64,000 nt of DNA from Myxococcota bacterium (GTDB taxonomy: Bacteria > Myxococcota_A > SURF-8), in contig CAXXQS010000001.1 of assembly GCA_963674735.2 (NCBI GenBank), positions 2,528,001-2,592,000 of the forward strand, read 5' to 3'. A model generated the notes under the pieces. It made no database searches and was not told the DNA's origin. It saw nothing but the letters and a program-made list of their open reading frames with translations. This document shows positions 1-10,058 of the stretch, piece after piece. Numbering within the stretch: the stretch's first letter is position 1; each line of letters starts with the position of its first letter. The translations under genes were made by a program, and so were the position numbers.

Positions 1-805
1 CTCCGCCGATCGGCAAGCCGACTTTGAGAAAATGGCGGATCTCATCCAAACCCACCCACACCCACTGGCGCGTTCCGAAATCGGCGTTGTGCTGCGCCGA
101 GAGATACTCGCGCAAATACATCGCCGCAGCCAAAAACATGGCCATGACTGTGGCCAAAGCAGCTCCTTTGGTTCCCATGGCGGGAATCGGACCGTAGCCG
201 AAAACAAAGATGATATCGAGACAGATATTGAAACCATTGGCCAGAACCGTTACCAGCATGGGCGTTTTCATATCACCCAGCCCACGCAGAAAACCGCTCA
301 AAACGAAAGTCAGCATCATAAATGGCGCGCCGAAAAACCAAACCGACATATAGCTGATCACATGCGGACGACTCGCAGAGTTGGTCTGCATCAAGTCGAC
401 CAGTTCCGGAATGAACGGTACAATCAGCCAGACGAAGAAACTGATCGGCCAGATCAACGTCATGGCCACGATCACCGGCCGCTTGAGCGTGTCGTATTTG
501 CCCGCCCCGTAGGCCTGCGCAACAAACGTGTTGACGGCACCCATGGTACCCGTGAACAAGCTCATCAGGCCGAAGGTGAGGTTCATGCCCAACCCGACCC
601 CGCCTTGCTGGGCTGTGCCGACTTTGCCCATGATGACGGTATCCACCACCCCCATGATGGTGAATGAAACAAAGGCCACCATCATCGGCAAAGCGAAGCG
701 GAAAAGCTCGCCGCTTGTGCCTGATTGTTCGGTAATGACGGTTTTCACCGCCCGCTCGACAACCGGTGACTCGTTCTCCGGGGTCTGAATTTCGCTATCG
801 TTCAC
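1..805 (-). CDS. MATE family efflux transporter (5' part; runs off window start)
   Basis: Manual translation from GTG at 805: MNDSEIQ...ELFRFALPMMVAFVSFTIMGVVDTVIMGKVGTAQQGGVGLG...VNTFVAQAYGAGKY, the MATE N-terminal signature. Missing from the ORF track because the stop lies outside the window. Confidence 0.88.
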   Translation of the reverse strand, partial: MNDSEIQTPENESPVVERAVKTVITEQSGTSGELFRFALPMMVAFVSFTIMGVVDTVIMGKVGTAQQGGVGLGMNLTFGLMSLFTGTMGAVNTFVAQAYGAGKYDTLKRPVIVAMTLIWPISFFVWLIVPFIPELVDLMQTNSASRPHVISYMSVWFFGAPFMMLTFVLSGFLRGLGDMKTPMLVTVLANGFNICLDIIFVFGYGPIPAMGTKGAALATVMAMFLAAAMYLREYLSAQHNADFGTRQWVWVGLDEIRHFLKVGLPIGG

Positions 806-807
806 TT

Positions 808-3168
808 CTATTGTCCGCTTGAAATCACCCCGAGATAGCGTCCCAGCCAATACGGCAAGAGCCAGGGGGTCAACATCCGTTCCGTCGATCCACTCCCACC
901 ATGCGTCAATCCGAAGGGATTTTCCGCCCAGCGAAAGGCCTGCTTCTGATCATACGGCAAAACGGGATAAGCTTGCAAGTCACCATGACGGTCGGGTTCG
1001 GGATCCAGCGTAACATCGATACGATGCGTATTGTCTTCCGGCCAGGTAATGCCGTGCAGATAAAATTCTTTCAACGTTTGCACCGATTCCTGAAGCTTGA
1101 AATCGTCCGGCCGACTCAGCCACGCATAGATGAAATTGAATTCCGGATTGTGCTCGGGAACTTGAAGATCCCATAGTCCGCGCAGGCCTTCTTGCCAGGC
1201 TGCCATGCGACAGGGATCGTCCTCCAAACGGATCAAGGTCGTCAAAGCCAGAAAAGCCATTTCTTCGCTATCGTGATTGATCTGGAGCGTATGAATGATC
1301 GGACCCACTCGCCGCACGAAATCCGTGTACCCTTCTTCATCTGCCAGGTAATTGAATTCGTCCAAGAATCTCTCTTCACCGGACATACGATAGGTGGCTT
1401 TCAACCCGCCGAGAATCATGGCGCTGTTGAGTCCGGCATCGCCGAGCGTTCCACCGGTTTGGATGAAGTCGGGCGAGAAAAGGCCGTGAGTGGTTGGTTT
1501 GCCGTCGATGTCTTCCAACGTATAGCCATTGGCGATCATACCGTCAAGCAAGTTGACAAAGGTGTCACGGATGAGGATCTGTTCATCCTCGTCGGCCAGA
1601 TAATCGTAATACAGCGATAAGCCGAACACATGACCGACGAATTCGTCGCTGGACGTATCGCCTTTCCAGCACCACTGCTCGTCATCGGACAGGTGCCATT
1701 CTCCCGCCGTCATCTGTTCACAACGCTCGGGTTCGACCACCGAACGAGCGAAAAAGCCCGCCTTGCCGGTGACGGTCAGCAGGCGCAGCATAGCCGCCGC
1801 CGCCTGTCGAGCCAAGTCCCGCGCTTCGCTACTCTCGGTGACCAGGTAGCGAAACACCTGGGAAGCCAAGTACATATTCGTCCACTGACCATCGTTGTCG
1901 TCATCCGATGTATACGCCGTGCTCAGATCGCCGGGCGTGGCCAAGCTGCAATGGCTGAACATGCCATAGCGGTTGTGACGCGTTGCCATGCCGTCGTCGA
2001 GAATCGCGGCTTTCGCTTCCAAGGTTCGCTGAACCGGTGTAATGACGCTGGCCCCGGTGGCCGTGGCGACAAACAGCCGACCTTCGGCCGTAACCACGGC
2101 GTCCCGAATATCCCAATCCGGCACCCAATAGCGCAAGTGGTAGTAATCCCAAACGGAATCGGCGGTTTTATACGTGATCAGACCTTTGTCCGTGGGGATG
2201 AGCAAACGCGCGTCCGACGCAACGTCCAATCCCAGCAAGTTGGCGTAAGGCAAACCTTCCGCACCACCGATCAACGTCAGGTTATCATCGGCGTAATTCA
2301 GCAGTCCGGCAGAGCTTGCCATCCATAAACCGCCAGCCGCATCACCCACAACGCCGGTCACAGCTTCGACCGGCATGTCGGCGGGGGCAAACACCGGATT
2401 GGCAGTCCCGGCGGGAAGCTCGGCCCGGTACAAACCGGCGCTGGTGGCCAACCACAAAGCGCTGTCCGTTTCCCATAAATCGTTGACGCTATAAGCCGTG
2501 TCGGCTGCGACAACGACGGTAAAGGCCGGGTTGGTTAGATCGACGTGCGAGATGGCTCCATCATTCGTCACCACCCACACTCCCTCATCGTCCGACGCTT
2601 CGATCGCGACAATCGACAGCTCACCCGCGACGGCCAGTGATTGGGGCGCGGCATCGGCGTTTCCCCAATAGAGCGACTGCGCGGTACCGGCCGCCCACTC
2701 CCCGCCATCCAAAGCGGTAATATCGATAAAAGACTCGCTGGACCATAGAGCAAGCTTCGTAACGTCACCCAGAGTCGACAACTCATAAATTCCCGTATCC
2801 GCCGCCGCCAGAACCTTGTCGTCGGTCAACACCGCCAAAGCGGCGAAAGCGGGAACACCGTCGCCTTCGATCAAAATGGCTTCCTCGTGGGCAAACGTCT
2901 CGTCCGTATACACCGTTTCCGGCTGCCAAGGTTCATCGGGTATCGGCCAGGTTTCCTCGCAAGTCGGAACGCCTTCGATATCGCCGTCCGGGCTGACATC
3001 CGAATCTCCATCCTCATCTGAATCGCCATCCGGCGACAAGTCTTCATCACCCAGAGAGTCACTATCGCCATCCACCTCTTCATCACCGCTCGATGAACAT
3101 CCGAGCGTGAGAAGGCTGATAGTCGCAACCAAAACACCGATAAACGTCCATTTAAGCCAAACCTGCAT
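808..3168 (-). CDS. Lipoprotein: acidic DGD tether, beta-propeller (two-component regulator propeller-like) and helical (alpha/alpha)-toroid-like C-terminal domain
   Basis: Lipobox TLGC; DGD repeats; 'LWLATSAGL'/'LWMASSAGL' propeller repeats; C-terminal motifs DDDNDGQWT, GFFARS and WKGDTSSDE. Confidence 0.75.
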   Translation of the reverse strand: MQVWLKWTFIGVLVATISLLTLGCSSSGDEEVDGDSDSLGDEDLSPDGDSDEDGDSDVSPDGDIEGVPTCEETWPIPDEPWQPETVYTDETFAHEEAILIEGDGVPAFAALAVLTDDKVLAAADTGIYELSTLGDVTKLALWSSESFIDITALDGGEWAAGTAQSLYWGNADAAPQSLAVAGELSIVAIEASDDEGVWVVTNDGAISHVDLTNPAFTVVVAADTAYSVNDLWETDSALWLATSAGLYRAELPAGTANPVFAPADMPVEAVTGVVGDAAGGLWMASSAGLLNYADDNLTLIGGAEGLPYANLLGLDVASDARLLIPTDKGLITYKTADSVWDYYHLRYWVPDWDIRDAVVTAEGRLFVATATGASVITPVQRTLEAKAAILDDGMATRHNRYGMFSHCSLATPGDLSTAYTSDDDNDGQWTNMYLASQVFRYLVTESSEARDLARQAAAAMLRLLTVTGKAGFFARSVVEPERCEQMTAGEWHLSDDEQWCWKGDTSSDEFVGHVFGLSLYYDYLADEDEQILIRDTFVNLLDGMIANGYTLEDIDGKPTTHGLFSPDFIQTGGTLGDAGLNSAMILGGLKATYRMSGEERFLDEFNYLADEEGYTDFVRRVGPIIHTLQINHDSEEMAFLALTTLIRLEDDPCRMAAWQEGLRGLWDLQVPEHNPEFNFIYAWLSRPDDFKLQESVQTLKEFYLHGITWPEDNTHRIDVTLDPEPDRHGDLQAYPVLPYDQKQAFRWAENPFGLTHGGSGSTERMLTPWLLPYWLGRYLGVISSGQ

Positions 3169-3398
3169 AGCCGCCGCCCCTATTTGAGTAAATTAAACGT
3201 TTTCTAACATCGATTTCGAATGAATGCAGCATACTGCTCCAGCGTCCAATCTGCAAGTACGATGTAATCAACGACAAGCTGTTATCTTGACAAATACAGT
3301 ATTTAACGGGAAAATAGGACACTTGTTGAAAAAACAAATAATTTTGCCGTAAATTTCGTGATATCGCCCAAGTACCGTTCGGGTAAGGAGTCGACCCC

Positions 3399-6300
3399 AT
3401 GAAACCTGTAGTTCCTTCTTGGATACTGGTAATCGCTCTTCTGACATTAACCGCGCTTCTCGTCCAATGCGGCGACACTAGCGGTGTTTCCGATAACCCC
3501 GACGGCGATCTTGCCGAACAAGACACCCCGGCTTCAACAACATGCAAGTCCGACGCGGATTGCCTGGAAGGCTGGTCTTGCCACCTGGGCGTATGCATCG
3601 ACGGCCCGCCATCCTGTCAGTCTTCCGGCGATTGCGGCTTCGACGCGGATTGCCCGGCTGGGGACTACTGCGACGATACCTGCAGCTGCGTACCGATCGG
3701 TGGAGGCGACACGGACGGCGATGAAGACATGGACCTGGATTTCGAACCCTTGCCCAACGATTGCGAATCCGGAGCCCAGCTTTCAACCGAAACGGAATTG
3801 AATTTCGGCTTCGTGCAATTCGATACCGACGCTTCCAAGATTCTACACGTGGTGAATTTATGCGATGATTCTGCTCTCTCCATCACCAATATCGAAATCA
3901 TCTCCGACAGCACCGAATTCGTCTTTGTCGATCCTCCAAGCTACCCGGTGGTCCTGGCAGACAACGACGAAGTGCTGGAATTAAGAGTCCTTTATCATCC
4001 CACGGATGTAGGACCGGATGAAGGCCAGATTATCATCAGCTCAAACGATCCCGACGGCGTGACCCGCGTCGACCTAAGCTCTCAATACAAGGGCACCGTC
4101 GATATCAACGTCTCGCCCGACCCGCTCGATTTCCAAACCCTGGTGGTGGGACAGACGGAAGCGAAACGCACCCTGATCGTCGAAAATCTGCAGAATGAAA
4201 CCGAGGACAACGCCGTCCTGCGCGTCAACGCGGTATATCTGGAATCGGAATCGACCACGGTGTTCCAAATCAAAGGGCTCACCACACCATTCTGGCTGGG
4301 AAAAAGCCAACAAAAAGAAATCGAAATCGTGTGCCATCCCCCTGATGCGGGCGAATTCACCGACCGGGTCATTTTTGAAAGTAACGACCCCGACGAGGCC
4401 GAGTTAGCCGTTGATGTAACCTGCACCGGCGTCAAGCCCATTCTCGGCGTGGAAACGCTCGGGGAGGGTAATCTCCTGGACTTCGGCATCCAACGCGTCA
4501 ATTACCCCACTTCCGTCGTCCTGACGGTATCCAATGCCGGCGGCGGAACACTCACGATCGATCCCCCGTCTCTGGTGGATGGAGGATCGCCCTATTTCAG
4601 CATCGACACATCCGCCTGGGGTGAAGAAGCCGTCAACCTCGACGGCGGACAATATCGAGAGTTGCCCGTTACCTACGCCCCGGATGTCGAGGGTTCCCAT
4701 AGCGCCCAAATCCGCATCAGCCACAGCGGCCGCCGGGATGTCTTCACCATCAACCTGGCCGGTCAAGCCAAGGGCGCGGATTTACTGATCGATCCCAACC
4801 CCGTCGACTTCGGAGCGCTACGCGTCAATCAGGAACTCAGTCGGGGTTTGACTATCACCAACGAAGGAAACACCCAAGTGACTCTGGTGAGTCTTGCGCT
4901 GGAAACCCCGGATAACGCCGTGGTTTTCGCAGATGATGACATCCTGGCGGATGTCGAACTCGGTCCGGACGAATCGCACAGTGTCACCCTGACCTTCTCC
5001 CCTGAAGAACGGGGTAATTTCAACAACATGGTACATATTACCACCGATGATAGCGTTTTTCCCTCAACCGACGTTCCGGTCAACGCCGTTGGCATTGCAC
5101 CGGTGTTGCAGGTCAGTGAACCGGAAAATCCCGACTTCACCGATACGGTCGATTTCGGCGAGATCGCGATCAATCATCGTAGCGAACATACGCTTCGGGT
5201 GACCAATGCCGGTGATGCCGCCATGACCCTGACCGCCATTCAGATAACCGCCAACACCGACAGCAACGAATTCACACGTGAAAACATTGCCTTGGGAAAT
5301 GTTCCTGCCGGAGAATTCGTCGAATTCGCGGTCTATTACGACCCAGTGCTGTTCCCCGGACAAGACAACGGCAGCTTGGCAATTTCGGCCGACGATCCGG
5401 CCACGCCTCAAGTCGTCGTCAATCTGACCGGACTGGCTACCGACCGACGCTTGGCCGCCTCACCCGAAGCGCCATTGGAATTCGATGACCTGCATTTCGG
5501 CGCCAGCGACATCGAGCGAGTGACCTTGCGCAATCCGGGATTCCTCGGCGCTCTGACCGTTACGGCTGCCAGTCTCCTGGACGGCTCCTCGGGCTTTGTC
5601 TTGCTGCATCCCACTCCGGAAGAACTGCCGGTGATTCTGTATCCCAACAGCCAAAACGGCCTGCTGGTGGAATTGCGTTTCACTCCAACCGACCCGGACC
5701 CGAGCGAAGCGGAAGGCCCGGCAACCGATTTCTTCGACACCTTGCGGATTGTCAGCGATTCGTATATCGGAGAAAACTTCGACTACGCCCTTGAAGGAAC
5801 CGGCACCCCTTGCGACCCCGGCTGCTGGGATCTGGACGACAACCCGGATGTGTGTGAATACTGCAACTGCTATGTGACAAACGATGGGGTGGATATCTGC
5901 GACGACGAAGACAACGATTGCGACGGTCTCACCGACAACGGTCCCGACGTCACCAGCAACTGCACGCCACCCGATAACGCCATCCCGATGTGTCTGAGCA
6001 ACGGCATTTGCGATTTCGATTGTGAACAAAATTTCCACCGTTGCGAAGATCTCTGCGTCTTCGACCTCGATCCCGACCATTGCGGAAATGCCTGCACGCC
6101 CTGCGACGAGCCCGAAAACTCCGAGGCCGATTGCGTGCTGGAAAACGAAGTCCCCACCTGCACCTTCGACTGCATCGACGGCTATGTCTGGTACAACGAC
6201 GCCTGTCGCCAGCAAGGATCCATCGATTGCTGCGGCGAGGATTGTGTTCAGTGCGGCGGCGGTGTAACCCCACCCTACGGCAACTGGGCTTGCGAAGAAG

Positions 6301-8579
6301 GAGCCTGCCGTCTCTATTGCCAAACCGGTTACCATTCTTGCGGAAGCGTGTGCGAAAACAATTACAGCACCGACAGTTGCGGCACCCGCTGCCAGCCCTG
6401 CCCGGAGCCCGACGAACACGGAGAATCCACCTGTAACGGGATCGAGTGCGGAGTGGATTGCGACACCGGCTATTACCAACAAGGTTCCGATTGTCTAACC
6501 TGCAATACCGTCGATCATTGCGGTCTCGGTTGCCTGCCCTGTGGAACCCTTCCCAACGGAGAATATCTCTGCCTAGGCGGCAATTGCGAACCAAGCTGCT
6601 TCGGTGAACGACACGTTTGCGGCGGTGCTTGCGTCGATAATCACGATCCCGATCACTGCGGCGCTTCCTGCGACTCCTGCGAGGATCGTTTCGGCAACGT
6701 CCCTTACGGCAGTTGGACTTGCCCCGCCGAAACCTGCACCCGTAGTTGTATGGAGGACTATCACCTGTGCGGCACGGAATGCAAACCCAACAACTCGCCT
6801 CTTTCCTGCGGCGATAGCTGTCTCCCCTGCCCCGTCCCGGCCCAGCACGGATCGGCCACCTGCACAGAAAGCACACCGGACGTTTACGCTTGCGGCATTC
6901 AGTGTGAACCGGGCTATGTCGAAGTCGCCGGAAATTGCATACCGGGCAATACTGTGAATTGCTGCGGAAGCACGTGTGAAACCTGCTCGGTCCCGGCCGG
7001 CTCCAACGCAACGCCCCTCTGCGAAGAAACCTCCCCCGAGGTTTTCGCCTGCAGCTCCGAATGCAGCGAAAACTACTACGACATCAACGGAGATGGCGTA
7101 GTCTGCGAATATTACTGTGAATATCAGTCTTCCTCCGATAGCTATGGGGATAATACGGATCAGAACTGCGACGGCGTAGATGGCCTGATGAACCAGATCA
7201 TTTACGTAGCCGAAGGCGAAAACGGCGACGGCAGCCGTGACGATCCCATGGGAATCATCACCAACGCCATCAATGCCGCCGGAAACGGTTGGCAGGTATG
7301 GGTGAGCCGAGGCGACTACAACGGTAAAATCACGTTGAAAAATGGAGCCCATCTGGTCGGTGGATTCAACTATGCCACCGATTGGACCAAAGGGGCCGGG
7401 AATGTCGTAACAATTCATATCGACACCCCCGAAGGAACGGATAACCGCCAAGTCGGCTTGGTCGCCAATTCGATCACCAGCTCCACTTACGTCGACTCCA
7501 TCACCATCGACGTTGCCAACAACAGCAACACAGCCGGAAGTAATTACGGAATATGGTTGAGCAATTCCAATAGCAACCTCGTGTTCCGAAACATAACCGT
7601 CGTTACCGGGACAGCGGGATCGGGCGCGAATGGTTCAAATGGCTCGCAAGGCAACGGCGGCAACAGTGGAGGACAAGGTGACGAAGGCTGCGAAAGTAGC
7701 GGTGGAGTCTGTGGAAATTGCGATCAACCTGACCCCGGAAGCGGTGGCGCCGGATGCAGCGGACGAAATGGCGGAGCCGGTGGCAGTCCCGGTAGTGGTT
7801 CCGGCACGGGTGCAACGGGCGCAAACGGAGTCGGTGGTGCAAGCGGTGGCGGCGGAGGAGATGGAACGACCGATTGCTCCGACTGGCCCTGGGATGGCCC
7901 GTGTGTCGATTGTGATAATTGCCTGAATACAAATGGAGAAGTTGGATCCGATGGCGCTGTCGGCACTGCCGGTAGCAATGGTGCGGCCGGAACCGGCAAC
8001 GGCACGGTGAGCAGTGGATATTGGTCCCCGACCCTCGCCGGAAACGGTGGTATCGGCGGCGCTGGTTACGGCGGCGGTGGCGGTGGCGGTGGCGGTGGCG
8101 GTTGCTGGGGCTGCAATAGTTACGGATCGGCTGGAAGCGGCGGCGGCGGCGGCGGTTGTGGCGGCACCGGTGCTTCCGGTGGCAACGGCGGCGGTGGGTC
8201 CTTCGGCGTCTTCAGCAATAATTCCACTCCGGTATTCGAAAACTGCAGCATCACCGCCGGACTCGGTGGAACCGGTGGAACCGGTGGAACCGGTGGACTG
8301 GGCGGCGACGGCGGCAACGGCGGAGTCGAACCGGACTACGGCGGGTCGGGTACGCAGGATGATGGCGGATGCGGCGGTGCAGGCGGCGACGGGGGTGATG
8401 GCGGACGCGGCGGTCACGGCGGCGGCGGAGGAGGCGGTCCTTCTTATGCCATCTATCGAACCGGTACCGGTGTACCCAGCACACCGGGAACCACGCTCGA
8501 AACACTGGGCGGCGGCCAGGGCGGCAGCAGCAGCGGCAACAATGGCCAAAACGGACCCAGCGACCTGACCGGGCCCTAA
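3399..8579 (+). CDS. Giant (1726 aa) surface lipoprotein/adhesin: six ASH/choice-of-anchor-D Ig-like domains, Cys-rich repeats, beta-helix-like domain, Gly-rich tail
   Basis: RBS AAGGAG; lipobox LVQC; six 'P..(L/V)DFG...N.G...L.I' repeats; CDDEDNDCDG and DQNCDGVD motifs; repeated D..HCG..C..C; polyglycine C-terminus. Confidence 0.85.
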   Translation: MKPVVPSWILVIALLTLTALLVQCGDTSGVSDNPDGDLAEQDTPASTTCKSDADCLEGWSCHLGVCIDGPPSCQSSGDCGFDADCPAGDYCDDTCSCVPIGGGDTDGDEDMDLDFEPLPNDCESGAQLSTETELNFGFVQFDTDASKILHVVNLCDDSALSITNIEIISDSTEFVFVDPPSYPVVLADNDEVLELRVLYHPTDVGPDEGQIIISSNDPDGVTRVDLSSQYKGTVDINVSPDPLDFQTLVVGQTEAKRTLIVENLQNETEDNAVLRVNAVYLESESTTVFQIKGLTTPFWLGKSQQKEIEIVCHPPDAGEFTDRVIFESNDPDEAELAVDVTCTGVKPILGVETLGEGNLLDFGIQRVNYPTSVVLTVSNAGGGTLTIDPPSLVDGGSPYFSIDTSAWGEEAVNLDGGQYRELPVTYAPDVEGSHSAQIRISHSGRRDVFTINLAGQAKGADLLIDPNPVDFGALRVNQELSRGLTITNEGNTQVTLVSLALETPDNAVVFADDDILADVELGPDESHSVTLTFSPEERGNFNNMVHITTDDSVFPSTDVPVNAVGIAPVLQVSEPENPDFTDTVDFGEIAINHRSEHTLRVTNAGDAAMTLTAIQITANTDSNEFTRENIALGNVPAGEFVEFAVYYDPVLFPGQDNGSLAISADDPATPQVVVNLTGLATDRRLAASPEAPLEFDDLHFGASDIERVTLRNPGFLGALTVTAASLLDGSSGFVLLHPTPEELPVILYPNSQNGLLVELRFTPTDPDPSEAEGPATDFFDTLRIVSDSYIGENFDYALEGTGTPCDPGCWDLDDNPDVCEYCNCYVTNDGVDICDDEDNDCDGLTDNGPDVTSNCTPPDNAIPMCLSNGICDFDCEQNFHRCEDLCVFDLDPDHCGNACTPCDEPENSEADCVLENEVPTCTFDCIDGYVWYNDACRQQGSIDCCGEDCVQCGGGVTPPYGNWACEEGACRLYCQTGYHSCGSVCENNYSTDSCGTRCQPCPEPDEHGESTCNGIECGVDCDTGYYQQGSDCLTCNTVDHCGLGCLPCGTLPNGEYLCLGGNCEPSCFGERHVCGGACVDNHDPDHCGASCDSCEDRFGNVPYGSWTCPAETCTRSCMEDYHLCGTECKPNNSPLSCGDSCLPCPVPAQHGSATCTESTPDVYACGIQCEPGYVEVAGNCIPGNTVNCCGSTCETCSVPAGSNATPLCEETSPEVFACSSECSENYYDINGDGVVCEYYCEYQSSSDSYGDNTDQNCDGVDGLMNQIIYVAEGENGDGSRDDPMGIITNAINAAGNGWQVWVSRGDYNGKITLKNGAHLVGGFNYATDWTKGAGNVVTIHIDTPEGTDNRQVGLVANSITSSTYVDSITIDVANNSNTAGSNYGIWLSNSNSNLVFRNITVVTGTAGSGANGSNGSQGNGGNSGGQGDEGCESSGGVCGNCDQPDPGSGGAGCSGRNGGAGGSPGSGSGTGATGANGVGGASGGGGGDGTTDCSDWPWDGPCVDCDNCLNTNGEVGSDGAVGTAGSNGAAGTGNGTVSSGYWSPTLAGNGGIGGAGYGGGGGGGGGGGCWGCNSYGSAGSGGGGGGCGGTGASGGNGGGGSFGVFSNNSTPVFENCSITAGLGGTGGTGGTGGLGGDGGNGGVEPDYGGSGTQDDGGCGGAGGDGGDGGRGGHGGGGGGGPSYAIYRTGTGVPSTPGTTLETLGGGQGGSSSGNNGQNGPSDLTGP
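8265..8297 (+). repeat. In-frame 9-bp tandem repeat (GGTGGAACC)3+, encoding GGT repeats
   Basis: Read directly from the sequence. Confidence 0.8.
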
Positions 8580-8605
8580 CCTCTCGCATCTTGGAAAAAC
8601 ACAAA

Positions 8606-8649
8606 CCCCCGGCACCCATCACGATCATCAGGGTATCGGGGGCTTTTTT
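8606..8649 (+). terminator. Intrinsic terminator after the giant lipoprotein
   Basis: CCCCCGGCACCC-loop-GGGTATCGGGGG followed by CTTTTTT. Confidence 0.7.
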
Positions 8650-8666
8650 ATCTCCGCAAACAAGCG

Positions 8667-9158
8667 TCAGATTTGGTAAAAGCCCTGTTCGGCGCTTTGT
8701 GCACCACGCAGACGTTCTTCCACTTCGCAGGCGCGCTTCAAGGTCCATTCACGCAACGATTGGCGAATGGATGCATCGATCTCATCCTTGATCAATTGCA
8801 AAGATTGACCGGAAGACACCTCAACGGCCGAATCACGACTCGTTCCCGATTGGACGTTCTCCGGGATGCGATATAACTCGCGTTCGCCATCCAAGGCCTT
8901 GATAATGTCGTAGAGCGTCACTTCTTCGGGGGGATGCGCCAAGAGATATCCTCCCACGTTTCCCCTCCGACTCTCCACCAATCCTGCGGTTTTGAGTTTG
9001 AGCATGACATGTAGAAGATACTTCTCCGGCAGACCGCGTCGCCCGGCGATTTCCTTGATAGATACCGGTTTTTTGCGGCTGTAATGCTCAGCCAGATCGA
9101 TTAAGGCCCAATAACCATAGGTGACTTTTGAATTGACTCGAAGCATATGATTGTCCAT
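8667..9158 (-). CDS. Rrf2 family transcriptional regulator (CymR/IscR-like, without the Fe-S cysteines); start may be 9146
   Basis: YGYWALIDLA...VSIKEIA...PEKYL...LKTAGLVESRRGNVGGYLLAHPPEEVTLYDII.ALDG. Confidence 0.92.
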   Translation of the reverse strand: MDNHMLRVNSKVTYGYWALIDLAEHYSRKKPVSIKEIAGRRGLPEKYLLHVMLKLKTAGLVESRRGNVGGYLLAHPPEEVTLYDIIKALDGERELYRIPENVQSGTSRDSAVEVSSGQSLQLIKDEIDASIRQSLREWTLKRACEVEERLRGAQSAEQGFYQI

Positions 9159-9166
9159 CTGAATGG

Positions 9167-9191
9167 CTACCCGACCAATGCTATCGGATTA
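9167..9191. promoter_or_regulatory. Putative Rrf2/IscR-type operator (autoregulatory)
   Basis: CTACCCGACCAATGCTATCGGATTA matches 17 of 25 positions of the IscR type-1 consensus ATASYYGACTRWWWYAGTCRRSTAT and lies directly upstream of the rrf2 start. Confidence 0.6.
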
Positions 9192-9266
9192 GCGCGTCTC
9201 GTTCGCTTCTTTCTTTAAAGAGACCGACGGTCCATCTCTCCAAAGCCAAGGAGGAAACCTAGTCTT

Positions 9267-10028
9267 TCAGATATGGATAAGTAAAAAGTATTCTTGATTC
9301 CCTTTTGGTCCCTGAATTGTGGCCGGAAAGGGAAAATGGGCGAAATAGCCGTTCTGGCGAGCGAATTCGGATATTTTCTGAACTGTTTCCATCTGGAGAG
9401 CCGGATCACGGACAACCCCCCCTTTACCAATCCGCCCCCGGCCGATTTCGAACTGGGGTTTGACCATCGCCAACAAACGCGCGCCATCGTCGATAAAAGG
9501 AAACAAGGGCGGCATAGCCAAGGTCAACGAAATGAACGAAACATCTATCACGATCAAATCGATCGACTCTCCTTGGACATCCTCACGCTGTAAGTCCTTG
9601 ATATGAAAGCCTTCTCGTGAAATAACGCGGGAATCGCCACGCAAGGACCAAGCCAGCTGGTTAGTGCCGACATCAAAGGCGTAAACCTTCCGTGCTCCTC
9701 GCTGCAGCAGACAATCGGTAAAACCTCCCGTCGAAGCTCCGGCATCCAAACACGTAAAATCCTGCACTGTCAGATCGAAATGATCGAGCGCACCGGCCAA
9801 CTTAAGGCCACCGCGACTGACATAAGGACAATCCTCGCCCTTCAACCGGATCGGCACATCCTCCGCGACTGACTGCCCCGCCTTGGTGACCGTATGATCA
9901 CCGACAACGACTTTAGCCGCGAGAACCAGCGCTTTGGCACGCTCCCGGCTCAGAGCCAGACCACGCTCCACCAGCAACTGGTCGAGCCGCATTTTTCGGG
10001 GTTTTATTTTAGGCTTGGAATCGGTCAT
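9267..10028 (-). CDS. tlyA: TlyA family rRNA (cytidine-2'-O)-methyltransferase
   Basis: S4-like RLDQLLVERGL..SRE; YVSRGGLKL; LDAGASTGGFTDCLLQ; DVSFISL; VKPQFE; GPKGNQEY. Confidence 0.95.
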   Translation of the reverse strand: MTDSKPKIKPRKMRLDQLLVERGLALSRERAKALVLAAKVVVGDHTVTKAGQSVAEDVPIRLKGEDCPYVSRGGLKLAGALDHFDLTVQDFTCLDAGASTGGFTDCLLQRGARKVYAFDVGTNQLAWSLRGDSRVISREGFHIKDLQREDVQGESIDLIVIDVSFISLTLAMPPLFPFIDDGARLLAMVKPQFEIGRGRIGKGGVVRDPALQMETVQKISEFARQNGYFAHFPFPATIQGPKGNQEYFLLIHI

Positions 10029-10058
10029 GATAAGCGGCACACAAGACGAACGGTCCCG

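Noticed and set aside
32-667. 211-aa plus-strand ORF
   Set aside because: Antisense shadow of the MATE transporter on the minus strand
7600-8579. Mycobacterial PE-PGRS gene or horizontal transfer
   Set aside because: No PE domain; the resemblance is only low-complexity glycine content within a lipoprotein
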